A stretch of DNA of 64,000 nt from Candidatus Heimdallarchaeota archaeon (GTDB lineage Archaea > Asgardarchaeota > Heimdallarchaeia > Hodarchaeales > Hodarchaeaceae). Shown here piece after piece: positions 38,732 to 49,019 of this stretch. Each line of letters begins with the position of its first letter. The stretch's first letter is position 1. The stretch lies in assembly GCA_020353515.1 (NCBI GenBank), contig CP070695.1:3424050-3488049 (forward strand). Reading direction: 5' to 3'. The notes below the pieces were generated by a model, which was given only the letters and a program-made list of their open reading frames with translations, did no database searches and had not been told where the DNA came from. The position numbers and the translations under genes were made by a program.

Positions 38732-41245
38732 CTAAGGATTGATAATTTCACTCTTTAAAGTTCCTATCTCGGTTTCAATACCATATAATTGATAGACTAA
38801 CATGTCCAGTCTTTTTGATAATTGTAATAATTCATTAGATTCTTTATTAATCTTAGATAAGCCCTTTTTCCCGTATTTAATTAAGAATTGATGGTTTTTC
38901 CTGGTAAGCTTCATTGAATCTAGTATTCTACAAATGCTTTTTGTTGTCGTTGTGATTTCCTTATAGAGTAATTCTTCATCAATAGTTTCTGGTAGTTTTA
39001 ACGGAATCTTTGAGATAGTCTTAGGATAAAGTTCTATTTTTTGAGCATCCATTTTTTTAGCAACAGCATACAGGTAGTATTTAATTAGTTCTGAATTTAA
39101 AACACCTAAAACGAAGTAAATATTTGGAGACTTTGATTCTTTGGGCGTAAGTGAGGTACAATCTATCGAACTATATCGTTGGTTTTTATCAATTGCAAAT
39201 CTTGGAACACGAGATCGGAAGGGGCACATAATCTTAAATTTTGCATTGAAAATTCGAGGATTGCGAACCTGAGCAATTTCATACCATTTTGCCAGATTCT
39301 TTTCAACTTCATATCGTTTCTTAAGAATGTCTTTATAGTTAACTAAATATTGTTTTGTAAGGGGGAAATCATTAATATTGATACCCCGTTTTGTCAGTAT
39401 CACATACTTATCATTCCAAGTGATTTTAAAAGGCAAAATATCTGACGTCTTTACTATCTTCTTAATTACTTCTTTTTCGAGAGGATAAAGTGTGATAGAG
39501 TTTTGTTCCTTAATTTCAGCGAAAAACTCTCCTTGTTTTGCTATAATATGTGGAGAGAATATCTTGTCCTTTCCTGAATGATACCCAGTTCCTATATCGT
39601 ATATCTGGTTTAAAGGAACACCCTGATTTTCAATACGGTTTAGTAAGTGTTTAAGAGTACTTGAAACCAAGATAAATTGGTCATCCTTTACTTCAGCTTG
39701 AATAAGTGAAAAATTCTGTAAGGTTTGGCTTTTCATATGAGTAAAAGCATTAAAACTTGTTTTAAGTTCTCCTAAAAGTGTTCGTAAAGATATTTTAAAA
39801 TTTTTTAAAATATAAATTGGGATAGTTTTGATAAGTTGAGAATATTTAGTCATATATAGAATTACTGAGTTTATTCCCTTAGGGTAAATTTTAAATTCAC
39901 GAAAATCTATAATAATGTCAATGCAATTAGATTTCAAGAGTTGGGATCTTAATTTACGAGCATACCTTGCTTCTAAGAAATATCTGGCTACTGTTATAGC
40001 ACTACTTCCTTTTGGAGCTAATAGTTGATATGTCCTCCAGATAAAGTAATAATAGTAATCATTTAACCCAGTATAGATTTTAGGATAGAGATGTCTTAAA
40101 ATATGTTTTTCTTCTTCACTTATGTAACGATAACCAATATAAGGAGGATTTCCGATGATTATATCAAATCCAATGGTTTCTGATGCCCTAAATACTTTCG
40201 GAAATTCGATAAACCAATTAAAAACCTTCAGTTTTTCAATTAAAGCCTCGTTATTGGATGGACTTTTCATTCCGTTAAATAAAAATCGGTTAAAATCCTT
40301 ATCATAAAAAACTTCATTTACATTTGGGTCTACTATTAATCCTATCAGAGTATTTCCAGATTTTAGGTTAATATTGGTAAGAATCTCAAGTAAATCATTG
40401 ATATGGATAGAGGGACATTCTCTAAGCATTCGTAAAATTAAACGGATTTTACACACAATAAGAACATTTTCATCAATATCTATACCATAAAGGTTATTTT
40501 TCAATATTTTTTTCAGATAAAAGAACTTATTTTCTTCTTCTGGAAATAGACGATTGTTTAATTCCAATAGGTAATCTAGTGCTGCTAAGTAAAAAGCCCC
40601 ACCACCAACGGAAATATCCAAGATTAAAATTTGTGTCACATGTTTTTTTAACTGTTCAATCTTGCTGTAATCTATAAATTCAAGATTATCTAACGAAAAA
40701 GGTGTAATTTTTAAAATACGGGCAAAATGACGTTGAAAAGATGATTGAACCATCCAATAGACAAGAGAATAAGGTGTATAAACAATACCAAGGTTATTTG
40801 AGGTTTCTGATAAGAAAATTAATTCGAAAATTTCAGGTGTAACCGTTTTGTTTTCTATTTGGGATTTCGGATGAATTTCCCATGAAAAAGCTTCAACAAG
40901 ATTTGATAATGTATCATTAACGATGTCTCTATTTTTTTTGTTTAATAACTCAATTTTCTTGGATTCTAAAGGAAAAAAAATGTCAGCAATTTCATTAAAA
41001 GGAGATAGCTCACATATGTCAGATAGAATATCTGATTTGGTATAGAATTGTTTGAATGAATCTGAGGAGGACTCTTGATTTAAAGTTCTAATATAAAAAG
41101 CCATAAATATTGTTCTCTTCAACATATTTCTGCAGAAATGAGTTAGTAGCTCCTTTTCTTCATATTCAGCTGAAAAATAGCTCTGCAGATCTAGTAATGT
41201 TGTGTTGAAAAGGTTCATGAAAGAATTCAACTGCAATATCCTCAT
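38732..41245 (-). CDS. large Eco57I/TaqI-like N6-adenine DNA methyltransferase, no evident nuclease domain
   Basis: GIVYTP, LDISVGGGAF, YGIDID, GNTL, FNWFIEFP, GFDIIIGNPPY, TaqI_C region. Confidence 0.85.
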   Translation of the reverse strand: MRILQLNSFMNLFNTTLLDLQSYFSAEYEEKELLTHFCRNMLKRTIFMAFYIRTLNQESSSDSFKQFYTKSDILSDICELSPFNEIADIFFPLESKKIELLNKKNRDIVNDTLSNLVEAFSWEIHPKSQIENKTVTPEIFELIFLSETSNNLGIVYTPYSLVYWMVQSSFQRHFARILKITPFSLDNLEFIDYSKIEQLKKHVTQILILDISVGGGAFYLAALDYLLELNNRLFPEEENKFFYLKKILKNNLYGIDIDENVLIVCKIRLILRMLRECPSIHINDLLEILTNINLKSGNTLIGLIVDPNVNEVFYDKDFNRFLFNGMKSPSNNEALIEKLKVFNWFIEFPKVFRASETIGFDIIIGNPPYIGYRYISEEEKHILRHLYPKIYTGLNDYYYYFIWRTYQLLAPKGSSAITVARYFLEARYARKLRSQLLKSNCIDIIIDFREFKIYPKGINSVILYMTKYSQLIKTIPIYILKNFKISLRTLLGELKTSFNAFTHMKSQTLQNFSLIQAEVKDDQFILVSSTLKHLLNRIENQGVPLNQIYDIGTGYHSGKDKIFSPHIIAKQGEFFAEIKEQNSITLYPLEKEVIKKIVKTSDILPFKITWNDKYVILTKRGININDFPLTKQYLVNYKDILKKRYEVEKNLAKWYEIAQVRNPRIFNAKFKIMCPFRSRVPRFAIDKNQRYSSIDCTSLTPKESKSPNIYFVLGVLNSELIKYYLYAVAKKMDAQKIELYPKTISKIPLKLPETIDEELLYKEITTTTKSICRILDSMKLTRKNHQFLIKYGKKGLSKINKESNELLQLSKRLDMLVYQLYGIETEIGTLKSEIINP

Positions 41246-41572
41246 CGTATTGATACTAACTTATCAGTAGACTGGGATTTTTGGAGAGAAGAGTACACTA
41301 TATTTTCATTTTTCAAATCGAATTTTTAATATCTTTATTAGTGATATGGATAGATTTTTAATCGGAATCTTCTTTGTCGAATCTAAGAAGTTAAAAGATA
41401 AAAGTCAATTTAAAGCTTTGATTATAGGACTGAAAGAAAGAGCGGTTTGTAATATATTTTTTAACCAAAATTTATTACAAAAAACTATGAATTTAACTTA
41501 GCATCATTTATGATCAATACTAATGCAAAGATGAAGACTGAATTCATAAAATGACTATTTGAATGATGGTTA

Positions 41573-43945
41573 TTGCACATGGCAACACGACCTCATGTTA
41601 AAAAGGCCTTAAAGGAAGCCAAAATACTCGCTATTGATGACGATGAATGGTTTATTCGACTTCTAGTGAAAAAATTCCAGGATGTGGATCCAGGGTTTAA
41701 GATCACACCAGCCCTTACTGCAAATGAGGCAATTGAAAAACTGGAGAGTGATACATTTGATTGTATCCTTTGTGATCATCGTCTTCCTGGTACAATCCAA
41801 GTACAAGGAAGAACTTTTCCTTCTGATGGTATCCATCTTATGCGAAAATTTACAACCATGAATATTGATACTCCTGTTATTTTTGTCACAGGGCAAGGCT
41901 CCGAGGAGATTGCTTCCGAAGCCCTTCAACTAGGTGCTAGTGGATATTTCATTAAGAGAGTACAACCTGGTTATTTCAGTCTAATGGCAACATCTATTCG
42001 ACAGACAATAGATAGATATTGGCTTCAAAAGGAGTTACAAAAATCTGAAGCACGATATAGGGATTTGTTTGAGAATTCTGCAGGATTAATAATAATTCTA
42101 GACTCTGAAGGAAAATTACAGGAAACCAACATCAATTTTCTATCGATTTATGGTTACACTGTTGAAGATAGCCGAAAACTTACTCTTGAAGAGTTAGCTT
42201 ACCCAGAGGATTTTGAGAAATGGCAAGAAATGCTAAAATCTATTTGTAAAGGTAATACTGAAAGTCGGATGCTACGTTCTCGAACAAAGTACGACCAGAT
42301 TTTGCATTTAGATATCACAGCAAGACCTATTTATGGTAAAAAAACAAAAACTGTAACTGGAATCCAAGCCATTGTACGAGATATAACACAACAGGTGAAA
42401 ACTCAACAAGCACTTATTGATTCTGAAGAAAAACATCGAAAAATAGTAGAGGGATCTATTGAGGGTATAATAATAATGGATCAGGAGGGAACTATCTTAG
42501 ACTGGAATCCTGCCGCTTCAACAATCACAGGATTCTCTGCAGAGGATACCTTAGGCCAATCAATATGGACGATTATTGAACAATTAGAACCAACAGAGAT
42601 TGGTACTCCAACTATAAAGATATTAGATGAACTAAAGGATTTTATGGCTCCTGATAGAATCTCTAATATCCCAAAATTCCTTGAATATAGTATAAAAAAT
42701 GCTGAGGATGGATCAAACCGTATTCTTGAAGTTACATTGTTCATTATAGAACATAGTAGAGGTTATCGCATTGCCAAAGTCATGCGTGATGTTACAGCCA
42801 AAAAGATGGCGGAAGAAGAGACCAGATCCTATGCACAGCGTTTCCAGACTCTTATTGAGCAAGCTGCAATTGGTGTTTGGATAACTAACATAACAGATGA
42901 AAGTACTATTTATGTGAATGAGAGTGTTGCTCAATTATTAGATTATAGTCCCCACGAAATGATAGGAGTTTCAGTGCTAGATTTTGTCACACCTAATAGT
43001 GCTGATTTACTCAAAGAAAAAACGAGACAGCGTCTCCAGGGAGAAAAAACAGAAGATAATTATGAATTAGAATTTTATAATCGTTCAGGAACGAAAGTTT
43101 ATGCTCGTGTAACCGCTGCGGCGATTAAAGACGAAAATGGTAATGTTATAGAGACGTATGGGTTTATACGTGATATTACTCAAGAAAGACAACGTGAAAA
43201 AGAACTGAGAACAACTAAAGAGTTTTTAGAATCCATTATTGATTCAATGATTGACGGGTTGTACACTTATGACCAAAACCTCAAGATAACTTCCGCTAAT
43301 CCACGATTAAAGGAAATGCTTGGTTATAAAAAACACACGCTAGAAGGCAAAAGTATCTTTGATATATTCCCATCGTATGAACACACTCGAGTGAAAGAAA
43401 TAACTCAAGAACGAATGGCTGGTAAGAAAAGTGAGGGTCATCTTCTATTGACATATATGACTGCTCAAGGGGAAGAGGTGAAGGCCTCCGTTTCATCAGT
43501 TCCCCTTATAGCGGATGATAAGGTTACAGGGGCTGTTGTTACTGTTTCAGATATCACTGAACAGAGAAGAATTGAGAAATACCTGCGACAGGTGACCAAA
43601 GAATATGAAACATTAGTCACCAATTTGCCTCTAGGTTGGTTAAAAATTGATAATATGGGACGAGTTATTGCTTACAATAGAAGTGCTCAAGAATTGCTTG
43701 ATTTCACTGAAACTATGGATTTAAAAACAATAAATATCATTAATTTTCATCCTTTTCAGGAAGCAGGCTTAGCAACACAATTTCGAGATTTGCTCTATCA
43801 AAAGGATTTGGATGAAAAAGTATTTGATTCAGTTTTAGAAGATTCTCAGGGAATGCAGCATCATCTGAAATTCTATCCGTTTCCAATTTATCATGAACTT
43901 GAACCAAGAATCACAGCATGGTTTTTAATAGTTGAAAAAGTCTGA
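41573..43945 (+). CDS. response-regulator receiver plus five PAS domains
   Basis: IDDD..CDHRLP..DG..TGQG..K receiver; five PAS repeats, four ending DIT/DVT; no HisKA. Confidence 0.88.
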   Translation: MHMATRPHVKKALKEAKILAIDDDEWFIRLLVKKFQDVDPGFKITPALTANEAIEKLESDTFDCILCDHRLPGTIQVQGRTFPSDGIHLMRKFTTMNIDTPVIFVTGQGSEEIASEALQLGASGYFIKRVQPGYFSLMATSIRQTIDRYWLQKELQKSEARYRDLFENSAGLIIILDSEGKLQETNINFLSIYGYTVEDSRKLTLEELAYPEDFEKWQEMLKSICKGNTESRMLRSRTKYDQILHLDITARPIYGKKTKTVTGIQAIVRDITQQVKTQQALIDSEEKHRKIVEGSIEGIIIMDQEGTILDWNPAASTITGFSAEDTLGQSIWTIIEQLEPTEIGTPTIKILDELKDFMAPDRISNIPKFLEYSIKNAEDGSNRILEVTLFIIEHSRGYRIAKVMRDVTAKKMAEEETRSYAQRFQTLIEQAAIGVWITNITDESTIYVNESVAQLLDYSPHEMIGVSVLDFVTPNSADLLKEKTRQRLQGEKTEDNYELEFYNRSGTKVYARVTAAAIKDENGNVIETYGFIRDITQERQREKELRTTKEFLESIIDSMIDGLYTYDQNLKITSANPRLKEMLGYKKHTLEGKSIFDIFPSYEHTRVKEITQERMAGKKSEGHLLLTYMTAQGEEVKASVSSVPLIADDKVTGAVVTVSDITEQRRIEKYLRQVTKEYETLVTNLPLGWLKIDNMGRVIAYNRSAQELLDFTETMDLKTINIINFHPFQEAGLATQFRDLLYQKDLDEKVFDSVLEDSQGMQHHLKFYPFPIYHELEPRITAWFLIVEKV

Positions 43946-43959
43946 ATATTTTTATTTAA

Positions 43960-44970
43960 TTAAATTTGTAAATGAATTACATCTCCCTTTTCAATACTTT
44001 TCCGTGCTGCTTCAACTATCTTTAAAACATTTATTCCATCTTCAATAGATACTAGAGGGTTTGCTTTACCACGAATACAATCCACAAAATTCCATATCTC
44101 ATGAAGTAAGGGTTCACCATAAACTTTTATTTGTTCTCCGTTTGAAAAAGGTATGCTAATCGCGGAGACATCTTTATCTCCTCGTGCGATCTCTAAACTG
44201 CGCATTTCTAAGATCTGAGTAAGTAGATTTGCACAGAGAGTTGCGTGTGTTCCTTCAATATCAATGGTACGTAGTTTTCCAGCATATTCACGACTTGTTA
44301 GGAACGTAACGTTAAATTCTTTGGCTTCAGATGATATTACAAGAATACTCGAATTAGCTAAGCCATTTAACTTAACTGCTGTTGAATAAAGCCTAACTTT
44401 TCCCTTAATAAACAATCTTAATGCGATATCAAAATCATGAACCCCAATATCCTCATAAACATCACCAATTGACTCAATTCTAGTTTCTGCTACAGCACCA
44501 CGGCGTTGGAATAGAACTGAACGAGGTTTTCCTATTAAGTTTTCCTTCCCAAGGATTTCAGCTATCCTAGTGACTACAGGATTGAAAACCTCGATGTGGC
44601 CAACAACTACTTTAGTATCAAATTTTGATAATTTTTCTCTTAGATCAATAGCTTGTTGTACAGATGGCGCGATAGGCTTTTCTATAAGTAAAGCCTTTAT
44701 CTCTGGCATACATGTAATTACCTCGGAGGCCACAGTGGGATGGGTCTCAGTGGGAACGGCAATAATTACACCATTTGGATTTTGATTCTCTACCATTTTC
44801 TCTATGCTTGAAAACCAAGGTTTTTCAAACTGTTTTCCTACAGCTTCAGCAACTTTAGGATTAGAATCAACGATGGAGTCTAAATAACCCAATCGTGAAA
44901 GTAGACGAGCGTGATAATATCCCATTTTGCCAGTACCGACAACAGCAATTTTTATTGGGTCATCAGGCAT
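43960..44970 (-). CDS. Gfo/Idh/MocA oxidoreductase (NDP-sugar 3-dehydrogenase-like)
   Basis: VGTGKMG, EKPIA, GHIEVFNP, DIGVHDFD. Confidence 0.88.
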   Translation of the reverse strand: MPDDPIKIAVVGTGKMGYYHARLLSRLGYLDSIVDSNPKVAEAVGKQFEKPWFSSIEKMVENQNPNGVIIAVPTETHPTVASEVITCMPEIKALLIEKPIAPSVQQAIDLREKLSKFDTKVVVGHIEVFNPVVTRIAEILGKENLIGKPRSVLFQRRGAVAETRIESIGDVYEDIGVHDFDIALRLFIKGKVRLYSTAVKLNGLANSSILVISSEAKEFNVTFLTSREYAGKLRTIDIEGTHATLCANLLTQILEMRSLEIARGDKDVSAISIPFSNGEQIKVYGEPLLHEIWNFVDCIRGKANPLVSIEDGINVLKIVEAARKSIEKGDVIHLQI

Positions 44971-45073
44971 AATTTTACCACCTCAAAGGGAAGAAAAAGA
45001 CAGTAATTACTTCCAGTAATACAGAATAAAAATCGTTCAGTAATATCAACTCCTATGATATCAGCTGAAACCA

Positions 45074-46408
45074 TTAAGCGCGATATACATTTTGAGAGAG
45101 TAAACCCATTATATTAAATGAATGCGTCAATAGAAGTAAACCAACAGCAAGTAAGATTAAATATCCAAATTGATTCCAGCGTTTTAGGACCTTATCAAAG
45201 TAATCTCCAAATGGTAAAAGAAGAATCAACGAAATCCAAGTAGCCCCAAAATAACTTGTAATTATATGGCTGTTTATTGGATGATTCTGAAAGAGTAATC
45301 CAGCAAACACACCTGGGATTCCAATGGTTAAAAGGTTTAAAAGACCTAGAATCAGAGTTCCGCAAATAGTTAATATAGAACCCAACACAATACCCTGTAC
45401 AAATGACCTGTGTACAATAACACGTTCCTGGGGGTCTTTAAAATCACCCAATTGCAAAATAATAGGACCGAAAAATGGAAAGAGTATCCAAAGAAAATTG
45501 AATATTACTGTAATAAAGACCCGAGATGAATCTAGCCTATAATTCATCCTATATCCAGTATTTCGATATAACATGAATGTGGACAACCAGATAGGAACCA
45601 TCAGCAATATTGTCAAGATGACACCTCCGAAAATAAATGTGATTATTCCATCCGTAATAGGATCGACTTGGTCTACAAGATCTGCGTAGCGGCCAGTATA
45701 CCAAAAGATATAGATTAAAAGTAAGAGAATAAATGTTCCTAAGTAATTGAATAAGTTATTACTGTCAAAACCCCCGAAATTCCTAAAAAAAAGGGACGCT
45801 TTTCGTGATTTAGTTACCCCAAAATATTTTGAATGAGATATTGTGCTTTTTAAGGGGAAATCTTTCGATGAAGTCAAACTTTGCCTTAATGCCGATAGAG
45901 GAAATGAAACAGGTTGAAAAAAGTGTGAAAGATCTAGTTGGAATCCTTCAAAAGGTTCCTCAAGAATTTTGGACTCCTTTTTTTGACGATTCAGTCCACA
46001 ATGAATACAAAATTCTGTATTTGGAGGATTAGGCTTCCAACACCTAGTACAAAATATATCTTGCTCTTTTTCACCTTGTTTCTTTTTCAACCTTCCCCCA
46101 CAAAGATGACAAAAATTATGAGCTGAAGGTACCTCTTGACGACAAAGAGGACATTTCATGGATTCGGAAGGAGGGGGTATCGGCTTTTGGGAAATGAGAT
46201 CGAATTTATTTCCACAAGAAATACAATAAGTTGTTTTAGGAACTTCAACACGGCAATGGGGGCATGTTATCAATATTGGCTGATCTAGGGTTCCTAGTGC
46301 ACTAGGGTCAAGTTTGAATCCACAATAAATGCAAAATTGAGTTATAGGAACCATCTTCTGACAATGAGAACACTTAATGGTTTTTATATCGTTTTTATTT
46401 GATTTCAT
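45074..46408 (-). CDS. four zinc ribbons fused to a degenerate M50/site-2-protease-like membrane domain
   Basis: Eight CxxC motifs; C-terminal LLLPFGDYFDKVLKRWN resembles the S2P NxxPxxxxDG region. Confidence 0.6.
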   Translation of the reverse strand: MKSNKNDIKTIKCSHCQKMVPITQFCIYCGFKLDPSALGTLDQPILITCPHCRVEVPKTTYCISCGNKFDLISQKPIPPPSESMKCPLCRQEVPSAHNFCHLCGGRLKKKQGEKEQDIFCTRCWKPNPPNTEFCIHCGLNRQKKESKILEEPFEGFQLDLSHFFQPVSFPLSALRQSLTSSKDFPLKSTISHSKYFGVTKSRKASLFFRNFGGFDSNNLFNYLGTFILLLLIYIFWYTGRYADLVDQVDPITDGIITFIFGGVILTILLMVPIWLSTFMLYRNTGYRMNYRLDSSRVFITVIFNFLWILFPFFGPIILQLGDFKDPQERVIVHRSFVQGIVLGSILTICGTLILGLLNLLTIGIPGVFAGLLFQNHPINSHIITSYFGATWISLILLLPFGDYFDKVLKRWNQFGYLILLAVGLLLLTHSFNIMGLLSQNVYRA

Positions 46409-46504
46409 TGCAGATGTTGATCCTATAAGAGCTGGTACGATTCGAGACTATTTTCTCCGAATTAATAAAAAATGATTCACATCAATAATCTTTCCCTTAA
46501 GAAA

Positions 46505-46993
46505 TCATAAAAGATTGATATAGGAGGATAAAATCCAGGAAAAGAAAATTAGTATTTCACTGAATATTATTTTCCAATCTTTATAATAAAGCTTGAGAAA
46601 ACCAATAATATTTCCCTCTTTGGTTACCTCATTGTAATCTAAATTAAACAATGTAAAAGGTCTATTTGAGAAGGGTGCAAATGGATAAATCTCCCAATCA
46701 ATGACATCTAAGAAAGTATGAATAAGAGCACCAATGAAAAGCCAAAAATAAGGTAATAAACCAAAAATTCCAAGAAGGAAAGCTCCCAAAAAGTATATCA
46801 AAGGAAAATGTGTGGGTAATTGTCTATGACTATTTTTCTTTACTATTAAATTTAAAATATAATCAAAATCAGGAAGAACGGATCCTATAATGAAATATAT
46901 TGAATAAGAAAGATTATTACCTCCAAATACGAAAATATTAGTACCAATTAATCCAACTAAGAGATGAACATGAGGCATCATGATTTCAATCAC
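46505..46993 (-). CDS. YdjM/LexA-binding-like membrane metal-dependent hydrolase
   Basis: H-x-H, GSVLPDFD, HRQLPTH, HTFLD, YPFAPF. Confidence 0.82.
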   Translation of the reverse strand: MIEIMMPHVHLLVGLIGTNIFVFGGNNLSYSIYFIIGSVLPDFDYILNLIVKKNSHRQLPTHFPLIYFLGAFLLGIFGLLPYFWLFIGALIHTFLDVIDWEIYPFAPFSNRPFTLFNLDYNEVTKEGNIIGFLKLYYKDWKIIFSEILIFFSWILSSYINLL

Positions 46994-47264
46994 GACATTT
47001 AAAATGCCTTGTTAAGCAAAAACTTCCAATTGTAAAAGCTCAGAATGAATCTGCATTGATCAAACAGTTTATTAATATTTTATTAAGTATAAACCACGAA
47101 AGATTCCTTTCATATCCTCCTAAACTCCCCTATCACTATATTGGAATCTGAGTTTACCTCGTTTGCCTTCAAAGGAAAGGAACTTTGACGGTTCCTTTTC
47201 TTCTTTCCATTATTAAAGCGAGAAATTACATAATTTTCCTAATTATTGCTATCACTCATGATGT

Positions 47265-48053
47265 GTGATTATGTTTGTTCTTAATCCAGCTGATATTGAA
47301 AAAATAGCAAAATCAAAAGGTGTGACTCTTTCTGAATTGGAAGTTCCATCCTTGATTATTTTGACCTTTAATAAAGCTGTAGTGGAAGAGTTAGAAAATC
47401 TATGCCATGATTTGAAGGATTGGAGTTGGAAAGGAGAAAAATTTAGCCCATACTCGTCTTCAAGATTGAGCCTAAAAGGATCAATTGATGGATTATATGA
47501 TATTGCAGTATTTATACCACCTATGGGAGCATCTCCTTTAATTGCTTTTTCTGAAGAATTATCCTATTTTGGCGCTAAAGCAATATTTCTAATCTGTTCT
47601 TCTTGGGGATTAGGTGAAAAATATCTTTCAAAAGGGCAGATTCACTTACCTAATTTTGCTATAGGTATTGATGGAACATCTATCCATTACGGGAATCAAA
47701 AATATAACGTTTTGAATGAACCTATTGCATATAATGCCCTCGCTACATCATTAAAAGAACTAAAAGTGAATTGGAAAAAAGGCGGAGTAGGAGCGTGTGA
47801 AGCAATATATCGTATTACACAAGAAAAAATAGATGAATTTCGGCAACAAGGATGTTTATCAATCGAAAATGGAGAAGTTGCATCGCTTTTTACATTTGCT
47901 AATGTACATAAAATCCCAATCGGTGTCCTTTTACAGCCGTACATTGACCTGGAGGAAGGTTGGAACCTTTCTTACTTAGATGAAGAATACATTAAAACCT
48001 GTAAAATTCAAGCACAGGTTGCGATTGAGGCTCTAAAAATTCTACAACAATAA
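47265..48053 (+). CDS. purine/uridine nucleoside phosphorylase family protein (divergent)
   Basis: MGASP..EEL..FGA, DGTSIHY, EAIYRIT, SIENGEVA. Confidence 0.75.
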   Translation: MIMFVLNPADIEKIAKSKGVTLSELEVPSLIILTFNKAVVEELENLCHDLKDWSWKGEKFSPYSSSRLSLKGSIDGLYDIAVFIPPMGASPLIAFSEELSYFGAKAIFLICSSWGLGEKYLSKGQIHLPNFAIGIDGTSIHYGNQKYNVLNEPIAYNALATSLKELKVNWKKGGVGACEAIYRITQEKIDEFRQQGCLSIENGEVASLFTFANVHKIPIGVLLQPYIDLEEGWNLSYLDEEYIKTCKIQAQVAIEALKILQQ

Positions 48054-48060
48054 CGTAAGG

Positions 48061-48353
48061 ATGTTAATGAGCTTTGAAACGAGTATAAAACCTTCGGCGG
48101 AAATCCATTTCGAATATTTAAAGGAATATCCTCAATCACTAGCGAAGACTCGGACACTGGTTTTCACGGATACGTTAAGGGAGATGCTACCAAAAGCTCA
48201 GAGAATTCATAAAGATTATTATGATAGGGTAAAATACGATTTTTTTTTTATAATACAGCATTATTGACAGGTATCATAATCCTAGGAGTTATAATATCAG
48301 TAGGAGTGCTGATTTATCGAAAGAGGAGTTTTAAATGCAAGACGGGAAAATGA
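48061..48353 (+). pseudogene. frameshifted or remnant small membrane-anchored protein
   Basis: 68-aa ORF runs into T10 (48240-48249); the -1 frame encodes YNTALLTGIIILGVIISVGVLIYRKRSFK (TM plus basic tail) to TGA 48353. Confidence 0.35.
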
Positions 48354-48625
48354 ATAATTAAAATAGGTGGAGTGGGTTCACTCTAGAAAGAAAAATACTA
48401 CTCATTGGAAAAGTCCTTTGAGAAGGTAATTGAAGTCGAATCTAGAACACTGAGACATTGTTGCAGCTAATTATTTCTTCTTATGAATGAGTACAGCAAA
48501 AGTTATTATATTAGCACTGGAAACATATAAGTACAATAAAATCCTTCCTCACATAGTAATAAAAAAATTTTTTAAACACACCAACACTTTTAGCTAACGC
48601 TTTAGCACACACCAGAGTTGAAGTT

Positions 48626-49000
48626 ATGCCATATCGTACACTTCTTAAGAGACTTATGGATAAGCACATTATTACTGGCTTCATTATTCTTGATCCATAC
48701 GGAAATATATACTATCATACAGGTGCTTTTCCTCAAGCTGGTGAGAAAAGTTTCATTGATGGATACTACTTTTTATCAGAATGGGTTACATTTCCTTCTT
48801 CTATTAAATTTACTGGAGTTAAATATAATTCTATACTCAATGCCCATCCAAATTACTGGTGTTTAACTAGTCCTAAGGGGTATGGATCTATTGTCTTACA
48901 GATCTGTAAAAACAAATACTATTTTCTTTGTTATCTAAAGGACGATGATCCATTGGAAGCTCAAATTGAGATTGCGAAAATGGGCGAGCTTTTTACATAA
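48626..49000 (+). CDS. profilin (Asgard/Heimdall-type)
   Basis: 124 aa; IILDPYGNIYY, SSIKFTGVKY, KGYGSIV, KYYFL and EIAKMG match the Heimdallarchaeal profilin pattern. Confidence 0.8.
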   Translation: MPYRTLLKRLMDKHIITGFIILDPYGNIYYHTGAFPQAGEKSFIDGYYFLSEWVTFPSSIKFTGVKYNSILNAHPNYWCLTSPKGYGSIVLQICKNKYYFLCYLKDDDPLEAQIEIAKMGELFT

Positions 49001-49019
49001 AATAATTGAAGGTTTTACT

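Noticed and set aside
37225-41245. BREX/DISARM-type defence island
   Set aside because: No PglZ, BrxC ATPase, helicase or nuclease genes in the neighbourhood
47176-47198. Hairpin AAAGGAAC/GTTCCTTT considered as SECIS, riboswitch or terminator
   Set aside because: No in-frame TGA selenoprotein candidate nearby, no recognisable consensus, and it lies between divergent genes
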